Counted from the first letter of the stretch, positions 39,283-50,858 are shown. The stretch: DNA of 64,000 bases from Candidatus Latescibacterota bacterium (GCA_965219455.1 OZ244744.1:544001-608000), one strand, 5' to 3'. Numbers and translations are program-made. Notes: a model not told the origin generated them from the letters alone.

Positions 39283-40941
39283 GTGAGAACCAAATATCTT
39301 AAAAAATTTCCACCGCCGCTACTTGATGATCTTGTTTGCGGTCGTTGGCTACCGATCGTGGGCGCCGGAATGTCGAAAAATGCCGTTCTGGCCGCTGGGA
39401 ACACCATGCCGCTTTGGCAAGAGCTTGGCGAGAAACTTGCTGAAGAAATACAAGGTTTTGAATATGAATCGCCAATAGATGCAATTTCTGCTTTTGATCA
39501 TGAGTTTCGCCGACCAAAACTGATCGAGAAACTGACCGAATTGCTTCACATTTACGACGCTAAGCCTGGTGACGCGCATCGCACGTTTTGCGATGTTCCA
39601 TTCGATATCGTCTGCACGACCAATTTTGATTTTTTCCTCGAAAGACAATATGAACTTACTCCACGGCCTTGTACTTCGCTTGTTGAGGAAGATCAGCTTT
39701 CCGTAAATCTACAAGGTTCGAGTATCGCTCTGTTAAAGTTACACGGGGACCTAAACCACCCAAATCGCTTGGTTGTCACTGAGGAAGATTACGATGCATT
39801 CCTTGAACGCTACCCCGTACTCGCAACATATCTGGCAAATCTTTTAATCACTCGAACTCCTGTCCTAATCGGTTACAGTATGAGCGACCCGGATTTTAGG
39901 CAGTTGTGGCAAATCGTTGAAGAAAGACTTGGTAAGGCACGACGGCTGGCATACGCGTTATGCGTTGGCGTCTCGTCGACTGAAGTAGCGCGATTTCATC
40001 GTCGAGGTGTAAAGGTAATCAACTTGTCGAAAAATAGAAAAAGATCAGGGCAAGTTCTCTCGGAAACCTTTGACGAGTTGAATAAGTATTGGCAGGAGAA
40101 AAATCCTATCGGAAGTCAGTTGAAAGAAGAAGAATCTCCAGAGCAGTTTACTCTTCAGAAAAAAGCTGTGACTAGGCTTTGCTTTTTTGCCATCCCCCTT
40201 TCAGCGCGTCCTTTTTATCTCGCGAATGTGTTCCCGCTGGTTGAAGAGGTAGGACTCGCACCAATAACGGCAGATCCCAACACCTCTCCTGGTGGGAATA
40301 TCTTTGCGACGATCGATGCTTTGGTTAGCCGAGCATCACTTATCGTAGTTGACACTTCAAGTGAGTATGCCGTGGCCGAGGCCCGGAGGACAATTGCACG
40401 CGAAAAACCCGTTAAAGTACTGGTAGTTGCCCAAGAAGGCACCTCTACGCCATTCGATATGACTGGTATGGAGATTCTCTACAGACCAGACTTAACCTCA
40501 CGTGACGTGGGCAAATTTCTCGACGAATTCTTAGTGCGACTTACGGCAACTCTTGAAGAAATACAGCCGAAGCTAGCCGACGAGAGGCATCGCTCGCTGC
40601 AATCTGAAGAAATACAGCCGAAGCTAGCCGGAGAAAGGCATCGCTTACTAAAATCCAACGAGTACAGAGCTGCGGTCATTTCCGCAATTACACATCTAGA
40701 GACGGTGTTGAGGAGACGGCTTGACGTGGCAGAAACTACAGATAGAGGGTTTGTATCCGTGACCAATATGATCAACATCGCAAAACGGCGCGAATTACTT
40801 GGTAAGTTTGCCGTCGACCAGGTGTTGCGATGGCTAGAGATGCGCAATCAAGTGGTGCATAGCGATATCTCAGTAAGCCCGACTATGGCTAAAAGGATTG
40901 TACACGGAGTCGACGAAATAACCAGAGAACTACTCCCATAG
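39283..40941 (+). CDS. SIR2-like domain protein with a possible C-terminal HEPN-like domain
   Basis: IVGAGMS, TTNFD, KLHGD, IGYSMSDP (SIR2_2 pattern); C-terminal MRNQVVH fits R-x4-H. Confidence 0.82.
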   Translation: MRTKYLKKFPPPLLDDLVCGRWLPIVGAGMSKNAVLAAGNTMPLWQELGEKLAEEIQGFEYESPIDAISAFDHEFRRPKLIEKLTELLHIYDAKPGDAHRTFCDVPFDIVCTTNFDFFLERQYELTPRPCTSLVEEDQLSVNLQGSSIALLKLHGDLNHPNRLVVTEEDYDAFLERYPVLATYLANLLITRTPVLIGYSMSDPDFRQLWQIVEERLGKARRLAYALCVGVSSTEVARFHRRGVKVINLSKNRKRSGQVLSETFDELNKYWQEKNPIGSQLKEEESPEQFTLQKKAVTRLCFFAIPLSARPFYLANVFPLVEEVGLAPITADPNTSPGGNIFATIDALVSRASLIVVDTSSEYAVAEARRTIAREKPVKVLVVAQEGTSTPFDMTGMEILYRPDLTSRDVGKFLDEFLVRLTATLEEIQPKLADERHRSLQSEEIQPKLAGERHRLLKSNEYRAAVISAITHLETVLRRRLDVAETTDRGFVSVTNMINIAKRRELLGKFAVDQVLRWLEMRNQVVHSDISVSPTMAKRIVHGVDEITRELLP

Positions 40942-41029
40942 AATCGTGAAACGAAGGTTTTTCCGTTTTTATACCTTGCGTCCTGTTCCTCCTTGTTTAA
41001 CGGTTTTGGTTTTGACCCGTTCTTGCGGT

Positions 41030-41057
41030 TTTATCCTGTTCATCCTGTCCATCCATG
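41030..41057 (-). repeat. CAGGAT-nonamer right arm R5
   Basis: TTTATCCTGTTCATCCTGTCCATCCATG. Confidence 0.9.
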
Positions 41058-41122
41058 TAGGTCGATTTGGGTTTACGAAGTTGTCGAATCCATATGAATC
41101 CATGTTGGGAAGGAGGTCCGTG

Positions 41123-41407
41123 ATGCCATTTATCGATGTCGTCCCGCCGGAGAGGGCCACCGGCCTGTTGAAGAAGCTGTACGATGCGGCCATCAGGCGA
41201 ACCGGACGGATCTGGGGAATTGTCTCTATCCTGAGCCCGAATCCGCCGGCGATGAAGGCTTCGCTGGATTTCTACGGCACGTTGATGCACGGCCCCTCCC
41301 CCCTCAGCCGCGCGCGGCGGGAGATGCTCGCCGTCGTGGTCTCGGACGCGAACCACTGCGTGTACTGAATAGGCGCGCACGCCCACGACTGTCACGGATC
41401 GCCTTAA
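41123..41407 (+). pseudogene. Truncated 5' duplicate of the AhpD-like selenoprotein gene
   Basis: Closely similar to the gene at 44107 up to base 41389, including the in-frame TGA at 41366-41368, then diverges and stops at TAA 41405-41407. Confidence 0.85.
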
Positions 41408-41632
41408 TCAGGCCAGCCGTGATCGCCATAATGGAGCCACTTGGAAGTGGCAATCTTGGTGTCTGTGGCATGGATTTCGGTGAGCGGTAGCTTTCGCCTT
41501 CAAGGATGACGCGATAAGCGCCGTGTTTGAGGCGGTCGAGCGTGGCGGCACTGAGTAGTCGATTTGGGGAGGCGTGCCCCTATTCGGGGAAATCGAGGTT
41601 TGAGGTGCCGATGGTGGCGGCACCATTACCGG

Positions 41633-42748
41633 CTAATCGTCTGGCCAGATGTCTTCCAGTATAATGCGTGATCCCTTTCGTATACCGTTCACCCTGACCT
41701 GGGAAGCCCACAAAGGGCGTACAATGTCGTTCATCATGCCATCGGGCACTTCTATGATATGTGCCTCTCTGCCTTCTCCGATGATCTTGATTCTGTTTCT
41801 CGCATCGCTCGTCGCGTCTGCGTATCGCAGTACCCCTCTCAACTCGACCGGTTCGGTTTCGAATTCTTTCAATTCTTCATGAACTGGAAGTGGCGGAAAT
41901 TCAGACGCGGGCGTAGAAACGTCTACGAAGCGTTCCGTGCCGTTTCTCAGTGACGTCAGACCTACCTGGCGGATCCGCTCCCCGTCCGGGGCAATCTTCC
42001 TTGAAAGACCAATGAAGTTCCTGAAGTACGCAGGGTCGGATATGCGATTCCGAATCTCTGAAATTCTGGATTGGCTTACCATCTCCATTAAGTCCATGAA
42101 TTCATCCAGTACGTCATTTGTGGTTAATACCCCTGGCAGAAATAGCTGCCCTGTTGGACGGCCTAACTTCAAAGTCACGGCAAAACTCGCGGCCCTTGGC
42201 GTAGAAACGAACAGTTCGTAGTTTTGTGCTATATCCTTTTTAGGTCGCCCTCTTTCCCTGAATGGCTCTTTGCTGCGGCGTTCTACGATACGTTGAATAA
42301 TCTTTGATGAGTTTTCCACGCGCCCAAAAACCTCACCTTGACTCACCATACCCAGACCCACATGCTGTCCGGAAAGACTCAACTGGATTTCGCCCTCTCC
42401 CAGTGATATTCCCCTTAGTTCAAGGTGCCGCCTGAAATTGATCTGCTCCAACAGGTCGCGCAGTTCCTCCGCAATCTGCGAATCCGGCTCACCAGCGAGG
42501 GCTTTGCTGGCTAACTGTTCTGCCAGTCGCGGTTTGTTGCAATCCAAAGCAAGCCACCCTGCACTACGGTGTAGTATCGAGTAAGTCGGCTCCACCGGCT
42601 CCAACATCCCACCAAGGGCCTTGAGCTCCAAATCCAATGCCTGGTCAAACAACTCCTCTGATCGCTTTTGGTTTCCTCGACGCCGTTCTTGATCGGCGAA
42701 AAAAGCCGCTTCCATGGCTTCGTCGTGGTATTTATCAACGGCACTCAT
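41633..42748 (-). CDS. Hypothetical protein with a TPR-like helical N-terminus
   Basis: 371 aa ORF (HDEAM...YSILHRSAGWLALDC); its start overlaps the end of the repaired upstream gene. Confidence 0.65.
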   Translation of the reverse strand: MSAVDKYHDEAMEAAFFADQERRRGNQKRSEELFDQALDLELKALGGMLEPVEPTYSILHRSAGWLALDCNKPRLAEQLASKALAGEPDSQIAEELRDLLEQINFRRHLELRGISLGEGEIQLSLSGQHVGLGMVSQGEVFGRVENSSKIIQRIVERRSKEPFRERGRPKKDIAQNYELFVSTPRAASFAVTLKLGRPTGQLFLPGVLTTNDVLDEFMDLMEMVSQSRISEIRNRISDPAYFRNFIGLSRKIAPDGERIRQVGLTSLRNGTERFVDVSTPASEFPPLPVHEELKEFETEPVELRGVLRYADATSDARNRIKIIGEGREAHIIEVPDGMMNDIVRPLWASQVRVNGIRKGSRIILEDIWPDD

Positions 42749-43270
42749 TTTTTCTTACCTCTGCGATCGGCGCCCCGAATTCTACGACGATAACGTAAAT
42801 TTCCAATTTAGGATCATCCGGCCGGTCCGTTTGTCGCAACTTTTCATTTACTCTTTTCTAATGATTCGATTGTCGCCTTTGCGAATACCCGATATTTCCA
42901 GACCGGCTTTATTCGCGAAACCCTCATCGGACGTCTTCCCCATCCAATAATCAAAACCTGTCCCCTTCCGGGATTGCCGGACAATTTCATACCCGGTTAT
43001 CGCCTTCGCGATCAATACTGCAACCCCCACGGCGCCGTACTCCGTAGCATTCTCCGGATCGTTCCATGTCAAACGAGACTGCTCAGTAATACACGGCCAA
43101 ACAACGGCATAGCAGTTCTTATGGTAACCTCGGACTGTAAGTGCCACACCATGCTCATGTCCCTGAGACTCCATACAAACGCCACCAACTTCGGCCAAGG
43201 CTGCACCAACTGCCGGTGAGATCGCAGTTATGGAGCCTTTACCTAACTCATTCAAATCCAGCATTTTCAA
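42736..43270 (-). pseudogene. Small PD-(D/E)XK-like hypothetical gene with an apparent frameshift near 42853
   Basis: GTGFDYWMG...GLEISGI motif; stops at RIIRKE*, but the alternative frame continues RVNEKLRQTD...IYVIVVEFGAPIAEVRKNECR* and overlaps the next start. Confidence 0.55.
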
Positions 43271-44006
43271 ATTCCGTGACCATGTAACCTACCAAGGATG
43301 CCTGTTGGAGACGACGTCCGTAACCGGACGATTCTGTTGTCACCGACCGATGGTCTTTGAGTTATATTCACGAGCCGAGCAAACGAGAAGCAATAGTGCT
43401 ATACTACAAGAATCACAGTTAACCTGAGAACATTCTGAAATCCAAAGGAGAGGGGGCTAATGTCAAGAGGCCGGCTTACAGGCACTTCAACATGTCGCGA
43501 GGGACCCCGCGCGGATACAGACGAGACCGCAGGGAAGGAATGGGCTAATTAATCCCGTAACCTGACATCCGTACTTAAATCGCGATACGCGATAACAGGT
43601 CTGCTTTTGCGCCGGCAGCAAAGATGAATGGAAGTCACGTCAATGTCAACTGTGGAAATGACCGGCGATATCTCATTAGGTCGTGTCTCAAATAAGAGTA
43701 TAGGCGATTACGTTAATCGTGAATCGGTACTGCACAGAAGTATCTTCGATATGGTGGTACAATACAGAGTCGCAAAGCAGACCAAACCCAATACTGCACA
43801 TAAGTATAGTATATTTAAAGCGATTGTCAAGGCGTCGATGGATGATCTGAACCTGGCAATTAGAATAATCACAGCTTGATCTGGTTTTGCGGGTCCGTTT
43901 TTCTTTTTAACCTATCCATCCTTTTTCAACGGTTTTGGTTTGCCGCATTTTTTGTGTCTTTTGTGCTTTTTGTGGCTTTCTCTGTTTTCGTTTTTTCCTG
44001 CGGTTC

Positions 44007-44065
44007 CATCCTGCTCATCCTGCCTGCCTGTGCGTGTGGCACGCACGCAGACAGGTCCATCCATG
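44007..44065 (-). repeat. CAGGAT right arm R6, split by a 33-nt palindromic insert
   Basis: CATCCTGCTCATCCTG-[CCTGCCTGTGCGTGTGGCACGCACGCAGACAGG 44023-44055]-TCCATCCATG. Confidence 0.85.
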
Positions 44066-44106
44066 TGAGTTGTTTTTGGTTTGATTGCCGAGAGGGAGGT
44101 CGCGCG

Positions 44107-44718
44107 ATGCCGTATATCGATGTCATCCCGCCAGATAAGGCCACCGGCCTGTTGAAGAAGCTGTACGACGACGCTATGTCCCGCGGCGGGCGGATTTGGG
44201 GCATTATCTCCATCATGAGCCTCAACCCCCCCGCCATGAAGGCTTCGCTGGATTTCTATGGCGTTCTGATGCACGGCCCCTCCCCTCTCAGCCGCGCGCG
44301 GCGGGAGATGCTGGCCGTTGTGGTATCAACCACGAATCACTGCGTGTACTGAATACGCGCGCACGCCCACGACCTCCGTGCCGAGGTCGCCAGCGATTTT
44401 GGAGTTGAGGACGACGACGAGGCCGACCGGCTGGTCCATCAGTTGGCCGCGGACTGGCGCGGGGCTGACCTGCCCCCCGCCGACCGCGCACTGTGCGCCT
44501 TCGCGGAAAAGCTCAGCCTGGATCCGCGGGCTGCAACGGCGGAGGATATAGACGGTTTGCGCGGGCACGGCTTCGACGATCAGGGCATCCACGACGCGAC
44601 CCAGATCATCGGCTTTTTCAACTATATCAACCGCGTGGCCGATGCGCTCGGCGTCGAACCCGAATCCTTCACTAAAGCGTGGGAAGAATCCGGCGAAGAT
44701 CCGCAAAGCGAAGTATGA
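44107..44718 (+). CDS. AhpD/carboxymuconolactone-decarboxylase-like peroxidase-related protein, probable selenoprotein (CxxU)
   Basis: LSRARREMLAVVVS..NHCVY-TGA(44350-44352)-IRAH continues in frame to FFNYINRVADALGV; SECIS-like hairpin CGACCTC-CGTGCC-GAGGTCG at 44370-44389. Confidence 0.85.
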
Positions 44719-44891
44719 AACATGGATGCACAGGATAAGAACCGGGAAACCCAAATCCCGATTTTCACGTAAACCACAGTATTGGCGCGAATCCGTGGTG
44801 CGGATGAAGTCTTGGAGGGCAGATAACGGGCGGGGTGTGAATGGGTGAGATATCAGGGAGGACGACAGATAGCTGAGTGGTCAATCAGGCA

Positions 44892-45182
44892 TCATTCGTG
44901 AAAAGCGAGGCGCTCAACGCGAATCTCATCGGCCTTCTGCATTGCCTGAGCAAGATCGTAGGCCGCCTGCATCCGGTACCACGTTTGTGCGCCTCCGCCG
45001 AAGGCTTTGTCCAGACGAATCGCCATCTCGGGTGAAATGCCGGTCCGGCCATGCACGATATCGGACAGATGTTTGCGGGCGACACCGAGTTTTTTTGCGG
45101 CTGCAGCAACGCTCAGACCAAGCGGTTCCAGGCAATCGTAACGCACCGACAGTCCAGGATGCGGCGGATTTTTCATCGGCAT
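44892..45182 (-). CDS. higA: HigA-family antitoxin (HTH), no cognate toxin seen
   Basis: MKNPPHPG..., [36 protein letters not shown]. Confidence 0.88.
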   Translation of the reverse strand: MPMKNPPHPGLSVRYDCLEPLGLSVAAAAKKLGVARKHLSDIVHGRTGISPEMAIRLDKAFGGGAQTWYRMQAAYDLAQAMQKADEIRVERLAFHE

Positions 45183-45318
45183 TTTCTCCTCCTAACGACA
45201 ATGAGTGAAAGATAACGCATCTCCTCGCGGAATCAAAATCCCACATGCTTCATCGGCTGGACAGATGTACTCTCCAGATATTTCGCTGATCCTTTTCTCC
45301 GACAGCCGAAGCATGAAA

Positions 45319-47297
<1,979 letters not shown>

Positions 47298-47656
47298 CAT
47301 GGATGTACAGGATAGGCAGGACAAGGACCAAAAACGACTATGATTCGTGTGACTATAACGATGGGCTGTGATTCGAGGCAAGAGCGGCGAAGCGCGGGGC
47401 ATGGATGTTTAAGATGGCCGTTGCGGTTAACACGACGCACCTGATATCCGCTGTAGCCCTTCCGCTACCACGCGCCCTGATCATAGAAAATTCAGTCCAG
47501 TCACGGTAACCGCAGAACGAGACTGCTTTTTGCCGTGTTTCAGATGGCAAATCGGATTTCGCTCGCCTTTCCTGTCCGCCCATCTGCCTTGGCCGCGGCA
47601 ATCATAGTTTAATCATAGTAATCACATTATTGTCCTGTTCATCCTGTCTAACCATA
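47298..47656. repeat. Composite MITE-like element (homolog of 23305-23642)
   Basis: L arm 47298-47325 plus ACGACTATGATTCGTGTGACTATAACGATGGGCTGTGATT; right end CGGATTTCGCTCG...AATCATAGTTTAATCATAGTAATCAC plus R arm 47631-47656. Confidence 0.85.
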
Positions 47657-47776
47657 GTTTGATGGATTTTTTTTATTTTGGGAATTTACCGTGAATCCAT
47701 GACGGCGTTCGGGCGTCTGTTTATTAGCAGCCTGTTGACAATGCATCCACCGGGGCCAGCCGGTTTCATGGTTATA

Positions 47777-47803
47777 TTATCCTGTCCATCCTGTATATCC
47801 ATG
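47777..47803 (-). repeat. CAGGAT right arm R8
   Basis: TTATCCTGTCCATCCTGTATATCCATG, immediately followed by the TTAA IS target. Confidence 0.88.
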
Positions 47804-47807
47804 TTAA

Positions 47808-49488
47808 CCCCAATTATTCACAAAAAAGGTAGTTTCCTTACCCAAGTCATTGTGTTATATTATGGTTAGCCAAATAACCAAATAACAATGAACTTGGAGG
47901 AAACTACCGTGGAAGTTCAAGATAATCAACTCGCACTTCCTTTCGCAAGTGTTTCGGGCAAGCAGGTGGAAGCCGTCTTCGATGGCGGTGTGCTCACCAG
48001 CGATATCGGGTTGATGCTGCTTCGAGAGGTGGCGTCCAGAATCGGCATCCTGTCTCGGATCGTCGAGGCGTTAACGGACCGTCGGCATCCAAGTTATGTG
48101 GATCACACGATGGTGGACCTGATCAGCCAGCGTGTCTTTCAGATCGCGTGCGCGTATGAAGATGCGAACGATTGCAATGTGTTGCGCGAGGACCCTGCGT
48201 TCAAGGCGGCCTGTGATCGGTTGCCGATATCAGGGGCGCCGTTGGCCAGCCAACCCACGATGAGTCGATTGGAAAACGGGATTCGTCGCAGGGACTTATA
48301 TCGTATTGCCGAGGCCCTTGTGGACGGATTTATCGCGTCCTACGATAGGCCTCCCGACGCGGTCGTTCTGGATATCGATGACACCGATGACGAGGTTCAC
48401 GGCAAGCAACAGTTGTCGTTGTTCAATGGCTATTACGATGAACGCTGTTACTGTCCCTTGCACATTTATGAAGGCCGGACAGGAAGACTGATCACGACGC
48501 TGCTGCGTCCGGGCGCCCGTCCTACCGGCAAACAGATTGTCAGCATTCTTAAGCGACTGGTGAAAATCCTTCGTGAGGCGTGGCCGGACGTGCGACTCTT
48601 TTTGCGTGGCGATGGCCATTTTTCCTGTCCTGAGGTCCACGACTTTTGCGACGAGCAAGACGTGTATTTTGTGCTGGGACAGACGGGCAATGCCAGGCTT
48701 GCACAACGGGGACACGCGTTGATCGAGCAGGCAAAGGCCCAGTATCGGGAAACCGGACAGCCCGTGCAGTTATTTACCTGTTTCGCTTACCAGGCAGATA
48801 CTTGGGCCGTGCCAAGGCGCATCATCTACAAAGCTGAAATCACCGCTTCCGGACAAGCCAATACACGCTTTGTCGTCACCAACCTGAAAAGTAGCCAGCC
48901 CTCATTCATCTACAAAACCGTCTATAGCGCGCGCGGCAGGATGGAAAACTTCATCAAGAATCACAAAACCTTCCTCCATTCCGATCGTACCTCCTGTCAC
49001 ACCTTCGAAGCCAATCACTTCCGTCTCTTCCTGCATAGTGCCGCTTATGTCTTGATGCAGACCCTTACCGAAAAAGGACTCCGGGCGACCCAATGGACGC
49101 ACGCCCAGTTTAATACCATTCAGAATCGCATTCTCAAAGTCGCCGGGAGAGTGTCCGAACTCAAAACCAAAATCAAACTCCATTTGCCAACATCATTTCC
49201 CTTGAAACACCTCTATGACACCATCCTCTGTAATTTGGCAAAGGCATATCCATAACGCCGTTTCACCACCGCCGATCCATCCCTTTCTCATCGCCACCAA
49301 GTAAGACCAAGGCATCCGTCTGTCCTTTCCAACCACAAATCAAAGCACTCGACACCCCTCAATGCTGACGGCACACCCAAAATTACTCATCATCGCGTCA
49401 CCAACACGTCATTCGACTATTTTCCCTTCTACAGATCACTTTCTACTTCCAAAAACACTGTTCCGTTCAGTTTCATGAATTAGTCAGG
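47808..49488 (+). mobile_element. IS1380-family insertion sequence (second, distinct type)
   Basis: Imperfect IRs CCCCAATTATTCA / TGAATTAGTCAGG; TTAA duplication at 47804-47807 and 49489-49492. Confidence 0.85.
47909..49255 (+). CDS. IS1380-family transposase
   Basis: FDGGVLTSD, YEDAND, LASQPTMSRLEN, LDIDDTDD, RGDGHF, YSARGRMENFIK. Confidence 0.92.
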   Translation: MEVQDNQLALPFASVSGKQVEAVFDGGVLTSDIGLMLLREVASRIGILSRIVEALTDRRHPSYVDHTMVDLISQRVFQIACAYEDANDCNVLREDPAFKAACDRLPISGAPLASQPTMSRLENGIRRRDLYRIAEALVDGFIASYDRPPDAVVLDIDDTDDEVHGKQQLSLFNGYYDERCYCPLHIYEGRTGRLITTLLRPGARPTGKQIVSILKRLVKILREAWPDVRLFLRGDGHFSCPEVHDFCDEQDVYFVLGQTGNARLAQRGHALIEQAKAQYRETGQPVQLFTCFAYQADTWAVPRRIIYKAEITASGQANTRFVVTNLKSSQPSFIYKTVYSARGRMENFIKNHKTFLHSDRTSCHTFEANHFRLFLHSAAYVLMQTLTEKGLRATQWTHAQFNTIQNRILKVAGRVSELKTKIKLHLPTSFPLKHLYDTILCNLAKAYP

Positions 49489-49522
49489 TTAATTCTTCGA
49501 ATCGGAAATGCGGGAGCCGGTG

Positions 49523-49708
49523 ATGAGCAGACAGTTGACGGCATTTATCGAGCGGGTCGGCGACGGGTATGTCGCGCTCTGCCCCGAGTTGGACATCGCG
49601 AGCCAGGGGAACACGATAGCCGAATCGAAGGAAAACCTGAAGAAAGAACTGGAATCGTTCCTCGAGACGGCGTCAATTGCAGAGATCAAATTCCGGCTGC
49701 GCGAGTGA
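49523..49708 (+). CDS. HicB-family antitoxin (short), no intact HicA seen
   Basis: GYVALCPELDIASQGNTIAESKENLK. Confidence 0.8.
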   Translation: MSRQLTAFIERVGDGYVALCPELDIASQGNTIAESKENLKKELESFLETASIAEIKFRLRE

Positions 49709-49782
49709 GTCTACACGACGAGGATAGAGGGCAGGGATTGTCCAGGTGCATTGATGGCGATCCTAACGACAACAGCATGTGA

Positions 49783-49810
49783 CATGGTTGAACAGGATAG
49801 TCAGGATTAA
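49783..49810 (+). repeat. CAGGAT left arm L9
   Basis: CATGGTTGAACAGGATAGTCAGGATTAA. Confidence 0.75.
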
Positions 49811-49855
49811 AACCACAATTCCACAAACGATGTCGGTTGTTTCCTGTTGTTTTTG

Positions 49856-49907
49856 TTGACAGGTATTTTTTTATTGACTATAATGATCATAGTCATAACT
49901 ATAGTCA
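49856..49907 (+). promoter_or_regulatory. Consensus sigma70 promoter with overlapping operator palindromes for phd-vapC
   Basis: TTGACA (49856-49861), 17 nt, TATAAT (49879-49884); TGACTAT...ATAGTCA inverted repeat (49875-49895) plus TAACTATAGTCA. Confidence 0.8.
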
Positions 49908-49929
49908 TTTACTTGGCCGAGGGGAGAGC

Positions 49930-50157
49930 ATGAATTCCATTTCAAAGAGCAAGCTGAAAGCCAACATGCTCCGCATCTTTCGCGAGCTTGAGAAATCCGG
50001 CGAAGAACTGATTGTCACGGATCGCGGTCGCCAGGTGTTGCGCATTCAGCCTGTATCGAAAAAGAAGACCGTGGACGACGTGTTTGCCGCGCTTCGGAGC
50101 CGGGTCGTCTTTCGCGAAAACGCGGGTCCGGCCGTCGGTCGAGAGAAAGGACCGTGA
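49930..50157 (+). CDS. Phd/YefM-family antitoxin
   Basis: ISKSKLKANMLRIFRELEKSGEELIVTDRG; overlaps the vapC start. Confidence 0.85.
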   Translation: MNSISKSKLKANMLRIFRELEKSGEELIVTDRGRQVLRIQPVSKKKTVDDVFAALRSRVVFRENAGPAVGREKGP

Positions 50158-50537
50158 TGCTCCTCCTGGACACGTCGCCCCTGCTGTTCTGGACCCTGGA
50201 CCCCGATCGGCTGTCTGCAGCCGCGGCGCAGGCTGTATCGGATGCAGGTCAAATCGCCGTCAGTGCGGTATCGATTTGGGAAATCGGTACCAAAGTTAAG
50301 AAAGAACAACTGGTTATGCCGATATCGGTCCGCGAATATACCGATAGACTCGAGCAGATCGACCGCTTCGAAATCCTGCCCGTCTGCGCGCGGACCCTGA
50401 TCCGGAGCGTCGAGCTCGACTGGGACCATCGCGACCCTGCCGATCGGATCATTGTCGCAACCGCCAGCCTGAACGCCTGCCCCATCGTCACCTCCGATTC
50501 AATAATCCAGGCGTTCTATTCACAGACCATCTGGTAA
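50154..50537 (+). CDS. vapC: VapC-family PIN-domain toxin
   Basis: LLLDTS, VSAVSIWEI, HRDPADRIIVATA, IVTSD. Confidence 0.9.
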   Translation: MMLLLDTSPLLFWTLDPDRLSAAAAQAVSDAGQIAVSAVSIWEIGTKVKKEQLVMPISVREYTDRLEQIDRFEILPVCARTLIRSVELDWDHRDPADRIIVATASLNACPIVTSDSIIQAFYSQTIW

Positions 50538-50583
50538 ACCTGGATTGACGACGCCCCACCATCGAGAGCAACACCCAACTTTA

Positions 50584-50858
50584 CATGGATGCACAGGATA
50601 AAGACCAAGAATCGAAACGTCGCGCAGATCGCGATTACATCCTGTCCACCGTGTCCAACCGGTTTCCCTAATCACACAAAATACATTAATCGCGTGACCT
50701 ATGACTAATTGACAGTATACCCTTTAGATCCACGTTTGTCGGTGTTGGTTTGAGAACTTCCCGTGTGTCCGCAACGGCTCCGGGAAGTCTTCTTTTCAGC
50801 AGAGTTAATCAGCGAACGCCGGTCTTGCAGTTCATGGTTTCCGTCCTGTTCATCCATG
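50584..50858. repeat. Degenerate CAGGAT pair L10/R10 closing the accessory region
   Basis: CATGGATGCACAGGATAAA (50584-50602) and GTCCTGTTCATCCATG (50843-50858); TGATT-arm relic TAATCACAGTCGTT at 50875-50888. Confidence 0.75.

Noticed and set aside
41408-41626. 72-aa ORF, and similar short ORFs at 43628-43879, 26719-26901 and 57376-57756
   Set aside because: No motifs or convincing RBS; they lie in repeat spacers or degraded DNA, or overlap real genes.
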